Below, in pieces: positions 42,322 through 52,415 of a stretch of DNA of 64,000 bases. The stretch is taken from assembly GCA_045643205.1 (NCBI GenBank), contig JAZUKI010000003.1, positions 1 to 64,000 on the forward strand, given 5' to 3'. The notes under the pieces are model-generated. The model was given only the letters and a program-made list of their open reading frames with translations. It searched no databases and was not told the origin of the DNA. Both the position numbers and the translations under genes were made by a program. Position 1 is the stretch's first letter, and each line of letters starts with the position of its first letter. The DNA comes from Clostridia bacterium (GTDB taxonomy: Bacteria > Bacillota > Clostridia > TANB77 > CAG-508).

Positions 42322-42903
42322 TTATTTTGAGCGATTAAGCAATAAATAATTTCTTGTTTGCGCACTTAATTCATGGAATGGTCTGTTATTTTTTATTGCA
42401 TCATCTATTATATAATCCATTATTTCAATTATTGATTCATCTAAATCTCTATAAGGCGTTTCTCTGTATCTTTCTACATTCTCGTATTTTCTAGTTCTTG
42501 CCTCTGTTTTGTCTGAGCAAAACAATATCTTATCAAATATTGTCATGTTCATTCTTCCCATTGTATGAAACTCTATTGCTGCACACATTTCATCATCAAA
42601 ATTGTATTTTTTTCTACATATATCTGCTGCAATTTTTCCATGCAACAATGATGGCATTTGATTTTCAATATAATCTACTGTTATGTTGTTTTCTTCACAA
42701 TATTTAATTGAATCTTCTGCTGTCATCTTTTTTGCCATGTCATGCATTAATCCAGCTTTCATTATTCTCTCTGTGTCTTCATCACTTAAATTATAATTCT
42801 TTGCTAGCTTTTCGCAAGATTCCATAACTCCTAAAGAATGTTCATAACGATGACCATCAAAAATCGTTTTAAGTTCTTCTTTTAGTTCTTCTAAACTTGT
42901 CAC
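42322..42903 (-). CDS. yqeK: HD-domain Ap4A hydrolase YqeK
   Basis: RYEHSLGV, GLMHDMAK, LLHG, FHTMG, DKILFCSDKTE; start reset to GTG 42903 after AAAGGAG. Confidence 0.88.
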   Translation of the reverse strand: MTSLEELKEELKTIFDGHRYEHSLGVMESCEKLAKNYNLSDEDTERIMKAGLMHDMAKKMTAEDSIKYCEENNITVDYIENQMPSLLHGKIAADICRKKYNFDDEMCAAIEFHTMGRMNMTIFDKILFCSDKTEARTRKYENVERYRETPYRDLDESIIEIMDYIIDDAIKNNRPFHELSAQTRNYLLLNRSK

Positions 42904-42928
42904 GCTGTGCTCCTTTGTTTTAAAAATT

Positions 42929-44134
42929 CTATTTTTTTGAAACTTTAGAACCTTTTGTTCCACCTTTTGCTCCGCCTGATAAAGCGAAAATGTTTTGGTC
43001 ATATGAGAATGTTAATTTTTCTTTATCTCTATCTCTTCTTAATGCTATTTGAACTAATTCATCTATTTCTTTTTCAAAAGACTTTCCTGTTGCTTCCCAT
43101 AAATAATATGATAAAGCTCCTGGAATTGTATTAATTTCATTAACATATACTTTTCCTGTTTTGCTATCCATTAAAAAGTCAATTCTTCCAACACCACTAC
43201 ATCCTAATATTTTAAATGTTTCTTGTGCTAAACCTTGAATTTCATCTCTCTTTTCATCTGGGATATCTGCAGGTAATTTCTTATCAGAAACTTGCATTCC
43301 TTTTTCTTCAGAATCGCCAGTTTTTGATCCTCCCATATATTTATCTGTATAACTTAAAATTTCATCTGAAAAATATGGTTCTTCGCAAACTGAAGCTTCA
43401 GTTTCATTTAAATTTCCCATTACTGAGCAATTGATTTCCTTTAAGTTTTGAACACATTCTTCTACTAAAATTCTATCTGAGAATTGCATACTATATTCTA
43501 TTTTTTCTGCTAATTCTTCTGGTGTTGAAACTTTTTTAATACCAACACTTGATCCTGTATTTCCTGGTTTGCAAATTAAAGGATATTGTAATTTTTCGTT
43601 AATTTCATTTCTGATTTTTTCTTCATCTTTTACATACTCTTCACTATAAAAAGAATAATAGTTTACAACAGGAATTCCTGATTCCTTTAATACTTTTTTC
43701 ATAAAGATTTTATCCATTCCAAGTCCTGAAGAAACAACATCTGGTCCGATAAATGGTAATCCTAATAAATTTAAATATCCTGCAAGTGTACCATCTTCGC
43801 AGTTTGTTCCGTGTACGATTGGGAACGCAACATCGATTGTATTAACAACTTGTTTTCCAAAAGCAGGTGCTGGAACTTTAAGTACTTTTACACTCTCTCC
43901 ATCATTTACTACTGCAACTTTTGTGCATTTCTTTAGTAATGCATCCATATCTTTAAATTCTTGTAAGTCTAAAAGAGCATCACCTGTATAAAGTACACCC
44001 TTCTTTGAAATATAAATTGGAACAATTTCATATTTTTCCTTGTTAATTGATTCCAATGCTTGGCTTGCTGTGATAACAGCAATTTCATGTTCTACTGATT
44101 TTCCTCCGAAAAAAACTCCTACTTTAATTTTCAT
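42929..44134 (-). CDS. ddl: D-alanine--D-alanine ligase
   Basis: FGGKSVEHE, HGTNCEDG, MDK, KPGNTGSSVG, SYTDKY omega loop (Tyr), RIDF, NEINTIPG. Confidence 0.93.
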   Translation of the reverse strand: MKIKVGVFFGGKSVEHEIAVITASQALESINKEKYEIVPIYISKKGVLYTGDALLDLQEFKDMDALLKKCTKVAVVNDGESVKVLKVPAPAFGKQVVNTIDVAFPIVHGTNCEDGTLAGYLNLLGLPFIGPDVVSSGLGMDKIFMKKVLKESGIPVVNYYSFYSEEYVKDEEKIRNEINEKLQYPLICKPGNTGSSVGIKKVSTPEELAEKIEYSMQFSDRILVEECVQNLKEINCSVMGNLNETEASVCEEPYFSDEILSYTDKYMGGSKTGDSEEKGMQVSDKKLPADIPDEKRDEIQGLAQETFKILGCSGVGRIDFLMDSKTGKVYVNEINTIPGALSYYLWEATGKSFEKEIDELVQIALRRDRDKEKLTFSYDQNIFALSGGAKGGTKGSKVSKK

Positions 44135-44203
44135 TTTTTATCCTTTCACTGATTTCTTGATAACGTTGAGACGCAATAATTATTGTTTCTCTTATAATTC
44201 TTT

Positions 44204-45796
44204 TTATAGATAGTTATCAGGTAAATCGTTTTCTAGTAAAACTACTGTGTTGGCATCATTTTCTTGTGCCATCATTGTGATTGCTACGTTGATATTTTCT
44301 GCCACAAATATTTTATCTTCATCCAATCCTTCTTCCAATAAACCTTCTTTTATTGGCTTAGCTTGTTTTTCACCAACTAATATTGCAATGTCACATTTGT
44401 TTGCAGCATACTTACCTAAATTTTTATTAAACTCTTCTGACTTTTCCCCTAAATCAACAATTCCTGGGGTGATAAATATTTTCTTTCTTGTTTTAAAATT
44501 GCTTAAAACATCAAGTGCCATTCTTGAACCTTTAACATTTGAATTGTATGCATCATCAATTATTAATGATCCATTTAAATTTCTTCTAAGTTGTAATCTA
44601 TGTTCAACTGGTTTTAAATATTTAGCTCCAAGTTTAATTTCATTTTCTTTCATTCCTAATTGATCTGCAACAGCTATTGCACAAACAATATTAAGAATAT
44701 TCAAATCGCCTAATAATTTTGTTGAAATTCTGATTTTATTTTTATTTGGTAGAACAACATTAAACTCTGAACCATTTTCGTTCATTTCAATGTTTTCAGC
44801 ATAATAATCTGCTTCACTTGATAAACCATATTTAATAAATGGTCTATTAATTTTTGTATCTCTAATATTTTCATCTTCCCAGTTTACAATGGCAATACCA
44901 TCCTCAGGAAGACTATCTATTAATTCAAACTTTGTTTTTCTTACATTATCTATACTTTTAAATGTATCTAGGTGCATAGGGCCAACCGCTGTAACTATAC
45001 CAATTTTAGGTTTTGCTATATCGCAAATTTCTTTAATATCTCCTACATATTTTGCACCCATCTCGCAAACAAAGATATCATTTGTTGCTTTAAGCATTTC
45101 ATTAACTGTTCTTGTAACACCCATTGGAGTATTGTAACTTCCAGGTGTCATAATTGGATTAAATTTTTGTGAAAGAATTGTTGTAACTGCATTCTTTGTA
45201 CTTGTTTTTCCAAAACTTCCTGTTATTCCAATTACAGTTAAATCTTTCATATCTGTTAATTTATTTTTAGCATTATTAATAAATTTATTACTAATGTGTT
45301 TTTGAATTGGCGAGTCAATTATATCTATAAAATGCACGTATCTATATGTGAACCATTGCATTAATGTTGCAATTAAAATTCCTATAAACATAACTACATT
45401 ATATTGACTTGCAAAAGTGTATGTTAAAATAATTGCTACTGAAATTATTAACCATACTGAACTTGCTATTACATATTCTCTAATTATTCTCTTTGTAAAA
45501 ACAAATTCTTTCTTTTCTTTTTTCTTTTTTGCCCCAATAATATTTAAGCCTAAACATACTATAACAGAAATAATTAAAGCTAACTCATTCCATATAAAGC
45601 ATATTGGAATTAATGTTCTTACTATTCTAAAAAATGGATATGATTTTGCTTTGTTTTCTCTAATCCATCTTGCATATCTATCTCTATGATAATTTTCAAG
45701 TTGTAAAATATGAAATCCGTTTCTCATTGCTCTTATTAAATATAATTCAACAAAAACACAAAGTAATGATAATAAACTAATTATTGCTATCTTCAT
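44204..45796 (-). CDS. murF: MurF-type Mur ligase with N-terminal membrane domain
   Basis: GITGSFGKTSTK, SYNTPMG, EMGA, HLDTF, IDDAYNSN; about four N-terminal hydrophobic helices; adjacent to ddl. Confidence 0.83.
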   Translation of the reverse strand: MKIAIISLLSLLCVFVELYLIRAMRNGFHILQLENYHRDRYARWIRENKAKSYPFFRIVRTLIPICFIWNELALIISVIVCLGLNIIGAKKKKEKKEFVFTKRIIREYVIASSVWLIISVAIILTYTFASQYNVVMFIGILIATLMQWFTYRYVHFIDIIDSPIQKHISNKFINNAKNKLTDMKDLTVIGITGSFGKTSTKNAVTTILSQKFNPIMTPGSYNTPMGVTRTVNEMLKATNDIFVCEMGAKYVGDIKEICDIAKPKIGIVTAVGPMHLDTFKSIDNVRKTKFELIDSLPEDGIAIVNWEDENIRDTKINRPFIKYGLSSEADYYAENIEMNENGSEFNVVLPNKNKIRISTKLLGDLNILNIVCAIAVADQLGMKENEIKLGAKYLKPVEHRLQLRRNLNGSLIIDDAYNSNVKGSRMALDVLSNFKTRKKIFITPGIVDLGEKSEEFNKNLGKYAANKCDIAILVGEKQAKPIKEGLLEEGLDEDKIFVAENINVAITMMAQENDANTVVLLENDLPDNYL

Positions 45797-45797
45797 A

Positions 45798-46592
45798 TTA
45801 TTTATCCTCCTTTATACTATCGTTTCTTAAGAAGGAATTTAACACTAATGAAACTTCATTTAAATGATTTAAATAAGAGAAATGATCTGCATCTTTGTAA
45901 ACAACTAATGCTGAGTCTGGAATTAGTTGTTCCATTTTCTTTCCTTGATAAAGTGGAGTTGATGAGTCTTTTCCGCCCCAAATTAGTAATGTTGGGCATT
46001 TTATTTTCTTACAGTTTTCAACTTGGCTTTCATTTAAAATGTTATTCATTGTTTGTTTTAAAGCAGATGATGATGCTTTATAATCTGCACTTCCTGCATT
46101 CTTTAGATACTCTTCTTTAGTCTCTTTAATATATTTTGTTTGAGGTATAATATTTAATATTAGTTTTCCTAGTTTATAAGTATAAACTTTTAAATACCAC
46201 ATCAAGCTATGTTTCTTTTTTAAACCAGCACTATCTATTAATACTATTTTTTCACAATTAACAATTCCTCTACCTACTGCATCAATGATGGCTCTACCAC
46301 CATTAGAATGACCTATAAGTATTGGATTTTCAATATTTAAAGCTTGCATAAAGTCTTTAATAAAATTGCCATAATCATCTGAATTCATAGGCTTTTCAAT
46401 TTTATCACTCTTTCCAAAGCCAACAATATCAACTAGATAGCACTTGAAATTATTTTTTAACATATTTGCAATTGGGCGCATTGTTTCTAAATTAGCTAAC
46501 CATCCATGTAGTAAAATTACTTCTTTGCCTTCACCAATTACATCATAATTAATATTTTTATTATTAATTTCGATTTTCAATATTTTCTCCAT
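45798..46592 (-). CDS. alpha/beta-fold hydrolase
   Basis: LHGW, GFGKS, GHSNGG nucleophile elbow, WGGKD, DHF. Confidence 0.9.
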   Translation of the reverse strand: MEKILKIEINNKNINYDVIGEGKEVILLHGWLANLETMRPIANMLKNNFKCYLVDIVGFGKSDKIEKPMNSDDYGNFIKDFMQALNIENPILIGHSNGGRAIIDAVGRGIVNCEKIVLIDSAGLKKKHSLMWYLKVYTYKLGKLILNIIPQTKYIKETKEEYLKNAGSADYKASSSALKQTMNNILNESQVENCKKIKCPTLLIWGGKDSSTPLYQGKKMEQLIPDSALVVYKDADHFSYLNHLNEVSLVLNSFLRNDSIKEDK

Positions 46593-46774
46593 TATGATTT
46601 CCAGTATTTTAAACCCTTGATTAGTTAATCAAAACGTCTCTTCTATTTTACACCTTTTTACCAATTTTTTCAATATTTTTAAGGTTTTCACCGCCTTGTT
46701 ATTGGTCTATTATTTGTATTTAAATAATTATTATGATATAACAAAATAGGTTAATAAAAAACTAAGGAGTAAAA

Positions 46775-47953
46775 ATGAAAATATTAATATTTTATGCTTG
46801 CTATGGTGGCGGTCACTTATCAGCTGCCAACTCAATTAAGCAATATATTGATGATAATTATAAAGATGCAGAAACAGATATCTGTGATTGTATGAAATAT
46901 GTTAATGCAAGAATCGAAAAAATTACTGTTGGTGCATACAATGGAATGGCACGTAAAATGCCTTGGGCATGGGGTAAATTCTATTTCAAATCAGAAAAAG
47001 GTTTTATCTCAGCTGTTAGTAACTTCAGTAACAAAATGATGTCTAAAAAATTATGTAAAAAGATTAATGAAGTTAACCCTGATATTATAATTTCTACACA
47101 CCCTTTCAGTTCACAAATGTGCGCTCACTTAAAGAAAAAGGGCAAGATTAATTGTATGATCGCTAGTGTTATGACTGACTTTGCCTCACATAATCAATGG
47201 CTTGTAAATCATGAATTTCTTGATCAAATCTTTGTTTCTAATGAAAATATGAGACAAAGTATTATTAAAAAAGGAATCAATGAAAACAAAATTTTTACTA
47301 CAGGTATTCCTTTGTCAAATCGTTTTCTTGCTAACTTCAATAAAACTGAAATTAAGAATTCATTAAATCTTTCAAATGATAAAAGAACAATCTTATTTTT
47401 TGGTGGCGGTGAATTTGGTTTAGGTGGTGATAGAACTTTAAAGATTCTAGAAGCTTTTATTGATAACATTAAAGACACCTATCAAATGGTTGTTATTGCT
47501 GGAAAAAATGAAGAAATGAAAAAGAATTTTGAAAAGCTTGTTGCTGAAAAACATGCTGAAGAAAATGTTTTTGTTCAAGGTTTTTCAACACAAGTACCAG
47601 AATTAATGAGCGTTTCTGATTTAGTTGTTACAAAACCTGGTGGATTAACTTCTTCTGAAAGTTTAGTTTCTGGACTTCCAATGGTTATTATTAATCCAAT
47701 ACCTGGTCAAGAAGAACAAAATGCTGACTTTTTAGTAGATAGTGGTATTGCCATTTGGTTAAAGAAAAAGGATGACTTTAATCAAAAAATTTCAGAACTA
47801 TTAGCTGATAAAGATAAATTAAAACAAATGAAAATTAAATCAAAACTTCTAGCAAAAGCAAATTCAACTAAAGATATTTGTTCAACAATTATAGAAAATT
47901 TTAATAACGGTAACTTTTTAAAATCTTCTGAAGGAGAAAATCTAAATGAATAG
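46775..47953 (+). CDS. ugtP: UgtP/MGDG-synthase-family diacylglycerol glycosyltransferase (GT28)
   Basis: GGGHLSAA, STHP, TDF..H..W, TGIP, TKPGGLT.SE, PIPGQEEQN. Confidence 0.85.
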   Translation: MKILIFYACYGGGHLSAANSIKQYIDDNYKDAETDICDCMKYVNARIEKITVGAYNGMARKMPWAWGKFYFKSEKGFISAVSNFSNKMMSKKLCKKINEVNPDIIISTHPFSSQMCAHLKKKGKINCMIASVMTDFASHNQWLVNHEFLDQIFVSNENMRQSIIKKGINENKIFTTGIPLSNRFLANFNKTEIKNSLNLSNDKRTILFFGGGEFGLGGDRTLKILEAFIDNIKDTYQMVVIAGKNEEMKKNFEKLVAEKHAEENVFVQGFSTQVPELMSVSDLVVTKPGGLTSSESLVSGLPMVIINPIPGQEEQNADFLVDSGIAIWLKKKDDFNQKISELLADKDKLKQMKIKSKLLAKANSTKDICSTIIENFNNGNFLKSSEGENLNE

Positions 47954-48521
47954 TATATTTTTAAAAATACTTGTTAGTGTTCCTGCTATTGTTCTTGGGA
48001 CTTTGTTGTTTCCTGCACTTGGAGTTTTGTTGATTTTTTTAAGATATGCAATTTCTGATACTAGAAAAGATAGACGTGGATCAATTTCACTAATTGCAAT
48101 AGGGATTATTTTATTTATTCCCAAAATAATACTTTTATTATCTGAGGCTTTTCATTTTGATCCAAACGTTATACCATTTTTTAAAAACATAATAACTAAT
48201 GACTTCTATAGGATTAACATTTCAAATTGTGCTTTTGCTTTAATCATAATTGGAATTTTTTCATTGGCTCTTTCAATTATATTTAAAAATTTAGTTAATA
48301 AATTTAAAAATCTTTTAGTAGGTTTTGTTCAAAATTCTATTGAAAAGAATGAAGAAACTCATGCTAAAATTAAAAAAGAAAATGATTTAAAAATTAAACA
48401 AATGGAATATCAATCTCAAAATTCACATGTTGTTTCTTGTGATAATTGTGGAGCCACAAATACTATTGTTGGAAACACTGGTGTTTGTGCATATTGTAGA
48501 CAACCTATTAGTAACAAATAA
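47946..48521 (+). CDS. hypothetical membrane protein with C-terminal zinc ribbon
   Basis: three to four hydrophobic segments, CDNCGA...CAYCR; overlaps the ugtP stop by 8 nt. Confidence 0.75.
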   Translation: MNSIFLKILVSVPAIVLGTLLFPALGVLLIFLRYAISDTRKDRRGSISLIAIGIILFIPKIILLLSEAFHFDPNVIPFFKNIITNDFYRINISNCAFALIIIGIFSLALSIIFKNLVNKFKNLLVGFVQNSIEKNEETHAKIKKENDLKIKQMEYQSQNSHVVSCDNCGATNTIVGNTGVCAYCRQPISNK

Positions 48522-48579
48522 TTAAATAATTAAATAATTAAACATTTAATTATTTAAACAATAAAATTTAATTGCAAAA

Positions 48580-48626
48580 TAAAAGAAGAAAATTTGAAAC
48601 AAAAATTTCATAAATTTTCTTCTTTT
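48580..48626. terminator. bidirectional terminator
   Basis: AAAAGAAGAAAATTT...AAATTTTCTTCTTTT between convergent genes. Confidence 0.7.
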
Positions 48627-48653
48627 TAATTTTTCTTTTTTATTTTTATATCT

Positions 48654-49253
48654 TTATAATTCTGTTCTGCCTTCTAAAGCTTTTCCTAAAGTAAATTCAT
48701 CAGTGTACTCAAGGTCTCCACCTACAGGAATTCCATGAGCTAATCTAGTTACTTTAATACCCATTGGTTTAATTAGTTTTGAAATATACATAGCTGTTGC
48801 TTCACCTTCAACTTTTGGATTTGTAGCTAAAATAACTTCTTTAACTGTACCATCCATAAGCCTTGCTAAAAGTTCTTTTATTTTAATGTCATCTGGTCCA
48901 ATTCCATCCATTGGAGAAATTGTTCCATGAAGAACGTGATATAAGCCTTTGAATTCATGAATTTTTTCAATTGCTATAACATCCTTAACATCTTCTACCA
49001 CGCAAATTTGTGATTGATCTCTCTTTGGATTTGAACAAATTTCACAAGGATCTGTGTCAGATATATTGTAGCATTTTGAACAAAACTTTAAGTTCTTTCT
49101 AGCATCTTGAATACTCTTTACAAACTCATTTGCTTGTTCTTCAGTAGTATTTAACATATAGAACGCAAGTCTTATCGCTGTCTTGTTTCCTATGCTTGGA
49201 AGCTTTTCAAAACTTTCTATTAACTTTTCAATTGATGGTGAAAATTCTGACAT
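48654..49253 (-). CDS. recR: recombination protein RecR
   Basis: LPSIG.KTA.RLA, C4 zinc finger, [22 protein letters not shown]. Confidence 0.97.
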   Translation of the reverse strand: MSEFSPSIEKLIESFEKLPSIGNKTAIRLAFYMLNTTEEQANEFVKSIQDARKNLKFCSKCYNISDTDPCEICSNPKRDQSQICVVEDVKDVIAIEKIHEFKGLYHVLHGTISPMDGIGPDDIKIKELLARLMDGTVKEVILATNPKVEGEATAMYISKLIKPMGIKVTRLAHGIPVGGDLEYTDEFTLGKALEGRTEL

Positions 49254-49265
49254 CTTTTCTCCTTA

Positions 49266-49604
49266 TTAGAATCCCATTCCTGGAATGTTATATTTGCCCA
49301 TCTCTGAATTTGTAGCATCATCTACTTTTTTCATTGCTTCATTAATTGCTGTCATTATTAAATCTTGTAGCATTTCTACATCATCTGGATCAACAACATC
49401 TTTATCAATTTTAATTTCAACGATTTGTTTTGAACCATTTACTTTTACATAAACTGCTCCGCCACCTGTTGATGCATCAAACTCTTTTGCTTGTATTTCT
49501 CTTTGTGATTCTTCCATATCAGCTTGCATTTTCTTTGCTTGTTTCATTAATTGGTTCATGTTTATTCCACCAAAGTTTCCTCCTGGAAATCCACCTCTAC
49601 CCAT
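49266..49604 (-). CDS. ebfC: YbaB/EbfC nucleoid-associated protein
   Basis: [25 protein letters not shown]; between dnaX and recR. Confidence 0.93.
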   Translation of the reverse strand: MGRGGFPGGNFGGINMNQLMKQAKKMQADMEESQREIQAKEFDASTGGGAVYVKVNGSKQIVEIKIDKDVVDPDDVEMLQDLIMTAINEAMKKVDDATNSEMGKYNIPGMGF

Positions 49605-49693
49605 TTTAAATTCCTCCTTTAATAATTAATTCTATCGTATTTTTTATTTTTAATTTTATTGTTTGTCCTTGTTGTTTATTTTGATTTTATATT

Positions 49694-51280
49694 TTATTCT
49701 ATAACATTTATATCTATTCCTAAATCTATTGTGCTTCCGCTATCTTTCTTGGCATCTTCTGATTTAGGCTTTTCTATAAACTTAATTTTCATATCTTGTT
49801 TGCATTCAATTGATACTAATCTTCTTATTGCGCTCATGTTTTCAGGTTTCTCTATTATCATTTTTTTGAATGCATCTACTCCTGAAATACCAAATGTTAA
49901 GTCATCTAAAACAAATCCATGTGTATCTGTTAACGCTGATGCAACTGCAGGCATTTGTTCTTCTCTTAATTGTTGTATAACTTTACCCCAAAAAGGTGCT
50001 TCGCCTTTTACTGGTACTTGAGTTGTAGTTTCTGTTTTCACACTCTTTTCAACTTTAGGTGCTACATTAATTGCACTTTTATTTTCTTGGTTGCTTTTTA
50101 TAGCTACATTGTTTGAAACGTTTCTTACATTTGCTGTGTTTTCTGATTTTGTCTCTAACTTAGTTTCTACTTTAGCAGTTTTTTTCACAGTAATTGTTTC
50201 TTCATCTGAACATAACTTTAATATTCCAACTTGAAAAACAATATTCTTTTGTGATGAATATCTTAAATCATTTTCTAATTTTGATAATTCAAAAACAATA
50301 TTTAATAATCTTTCTTTATCAACTTTTTCTGCTAATTCAGTAATCTTTTTCACTTCATTTTCATTATATACATTAGATGCTTTTTTGGTTGCTTTAAACA
50401 ACATCAAATCTCTAACATATTTAATCATTTCCCAAAGTATATTGATTGTATTTTTACCTTCATCAATTATACTCTGAGTAATATCTAAAGCTTTAGCTGA
50501 ATCCTTATTAATAATTACTTCTACTAAACCAGAAGTAATTTCCATTTCAGGTATTCCAACTAATTGTTTTATCTTATCTTCACTAATTTCATTTTCGCCA
50601 TCTTGTATGCATCTTTCAAGAATTGAAAGTGAATCTCTCATCGCACCTTCGCTTAATTCTGCAATAAGTTCTAGTGATTTTCCAGTATAATTAATTCCAC
50701 ATTCTTTGCAAATATTGTTTAAATTCTCTACTATTTTTACACTTGAAATTTTCTTAAAATCAAATCTTTGGCATCTTGAAAGTATTGTAGCAGGTAGCTT
50801 TTGAGGTTCTGTTGTACATAAAATAAATTTTACATGTGCTGGTGGTTCTTCTAATGTTTTTAATAAAGCATTAAATGCACCAGTTGATAACATGTGTACC
50901 TCATCAATAATATATACTCTGTATTTTGCAACTGTTGGTAAGAAGTTAACCTCATCTCTAATTGCTCTAATATCATCTACACCATTGTTTGATGCAGCAT
51001 CCATTTCAACAACATCAGTTAGGCTTCCATCCATTTGTGCTTTACAAATATCGCACTCATTACATGGTTCACCATCTTTTGAGTTTAAACAATTTATTGC
51101 TCTAGCTAATACCTTTGCAGATGTTGTTTTGCCACAACCTCTAACTCCAGTAAATAAATATGCATGTCCTACTCTTCCTGCAACTACTTGATTACGTAGA
51201 GTTGTAGTAATGTGATCTTGTCCTAATATTTCGCCAAATGTCACTGGTCTAAATCTTCTATACAATGCTTTGTATTCCAT
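49694..51280 (-). CDS. dnaX: DNA polymerase III subunit gamma/tau
   Basis: ALYRRFRP, GVRGCGKT, DAASNNGVD, IIDEVHML, SRCQ; start reset to ATG 51280 (GAGGAGG RBS). Confidence 0.96.
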   Translation of the reverse strand: MEYKALYRRFRPVTFGEILGQDHITTTLRNQVVAGRVGHAYLFTGVRGCGKTTSAKVLARAINCLNSKDGEPCNECDICKAQMDGSLTDVVEMDAASNNGVDDIRAIRDEVNFLPTVAKYRVYIIDEVHMLSTGAFNALLKTLEEPPAHVKFILCTTEPQKLPATILSRCQRFDFKKISSVKIVENLNNICKECGINYTGKSLELIAELSEGAMRDSLSILERCIQDGENEISEDKIKQLVGIPEMEITSGLVEVIINKDSAKALDITQSIIDEGKNTINILWEMIKYVRDLMLFKATKKASNVYNENEVKKITELAEKVDKERLLNIVFELSKLENDLRYSSQKNIVFQVGILKLCSDEETITVKKTAKVETKLETKSENTANVRNVSNNVAIKSNQENKSAINVAPKVEKSVKTETTTQVPVKGEAPFWGKVIQQLREEQMPAVASALTDTHGFVLDDLTFGISGVDAFKKMIIEKPENMSAIRRLVSIECKQDMKIKFIEKPKSEDAKKDSGSTIDLGIDINVIE

Positions 51281-51302
51281 TACTACCTCCTCAATATTAA
51301 AT

Positions 51303-51441
51303 AAGGGTACAACTACATTTCCCTCTTTTAGGATATTCTCACACGTAAGTGACCGTTTATTGCTGCTTCCTTCCGGATCTGACAAGTTTCACAGGCTTAC
51401 ATTGAAAATATCCTAAAACAAGAAAACATAATTATACCCTT
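51303..51441 (-). ncRNA. ffs: signal recognition particle RNA (short form)
   Basis: GTCAGATCCGGAAGGAAGCAGC helix-8 motif; 5' and 3' ends pair (AAGGGTATAATTATGTTTTC/GGAAATGTAGTTGTACCCTT and TTTTAGGATATT/AATATCCTAAAA); upstream of dnaX. Confidence 0.92.
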
Positions 51442-51445
51442 GCAG

Positions 51446-51474
51446 ATTATACATTATTTTATATGCTTTTACAA
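51446..51474 (-). promoter_or_regulatory. sigma-A promoter of the SRP RNA
   Basis: TTGTAA-17 bp-TATAAT. Confidence 0.7.
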
Positions 51475-51477
51475 GTC

Positions 51478-52218
51478 TTATTCTCGTTTAAAAACAATGT
51501 TTTTTACATCTATATTCTTTTGAGAAACACCGTTCTCTATAATATTTCCCACTGGAATCTCTGTTTCTATTGTTGCTCTATAAGTTAATTTGTCTGTACT
51601 TAGTACAACATCAAACTTTACTAATGCTTTTATATCTTCTAAAGTACTATCTGTTTTTGCTAATAATGTTCCATCATAATTTATTTCTTCTGCCTCGTTA
51701 GAAACAAATTCCCCAATTTTAGTATTTGCAATTCTTACTTTTATTGTTCCGCCATCTCTACTTATTTTTAAGTTGCTATTGTTTGTTTCATCATCACCTT
51801 GAAAAACAATTTTACTATCTACTGCAGACTTTTCATTATAATCAAACATAACATTTTCATTTTCGCTAGGCTTATACATTTTTATCTCACCCTTTTTAGG
51901 TGTATTTTTTATTGTTAAATTTTCTACACGAACTTCAGAAATTCTTTCGCCTTTATTATATTCATCATTTTTCTTAAAAAGAATATAAATATCATTAAAT
52001 TGATTTATATCTATATTCCATTTCATATTTTCTTCATTACTTTCTTTTTCTGAAGCATCTGCACTACTAACAACTAATATTTTCTCAACTTCAAAAGGCA
52101 TATTCTTTTCGCCTTCAATATCATATTGAATCATAAAAGCAACTGTAAATATTAAAGCAACTAATATTACTCCTAGAGCTATTATTGCACTTAATCTTGC
52201 TTTAAAAAAATCTCTCAT
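51478..52218 (-). CDS. hypothetical membrane-anchored extracellular protein
   Basis: N-terminal TM then beta-rich domain; start reset to ATG 52218 (GGAGG RBS) because the longer ORF runs into the tRNA. Confidence 0.75.
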   Translation of the reverse strand: MRDFFKARLSAIIALGVILVALIFTVAFMIQYDIEGEKNMPFEVEKILVVSSADASEKESNEENMKWNIDINQFNDIYILFKKNDEYNKGERISEVRVENLTIKNTPKKGEIKMYKPSENENVMFDYNEKSAVDSKIVFQGDDETNNSNLKISRDGGTIKVRIANTKIGEFVSNEAEEINYDGTLLAKTDSTLEDIKALVKFDVVLSTDKLTYRATIETEIPVGNIIENGVSQKNIDVKNIVFKRE

Positions 52219-52229
52219 TTTTCCTCCAC

Positions 52230-52323
52230 TGGCGGAGAAGGTGGGATTCGAACCCACGGGCCAAGTTTCCTCAGCAGTACTGATTTCGAGTCAGTCCCGT
52301 TATGACCGCTTCGGCACTTCTCC
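52230..52323 (-). tRNA. tRNA-Ser(CGA)
   Basis: GGAGAAG acceptor, ACTGA-CTCGAAA-TCAGT anticodon arm, long variable arm, GTTCGAATC, encoded CCA. Confidence 0.95.
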
Positions 52324-52415
52324 AATTTAGAATACTTTTTCTTTTGTATATATTTTAAATTTTATATTTCTGTTTTTATAGCTTATTTTTTATCTTATAT
52401 GTTTTTCATTTTATA

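Noticed and set aside
42904-43002. yqeK extension overlapping ddl
   Set aside because: GTG 42903 has an AAAGGAG RBS and removes the overlap
42929-44134. Van-type D-Ala-D-Lac ligase
   Set aside because: The omega loop has Tyr (SYTDKY) and there are no vanH/vanX/vanRS neighbours
51281-51385. dnaX N-terminal extension
   Set aside because: It runs through the SRP RNA; the true start is ATG 51280
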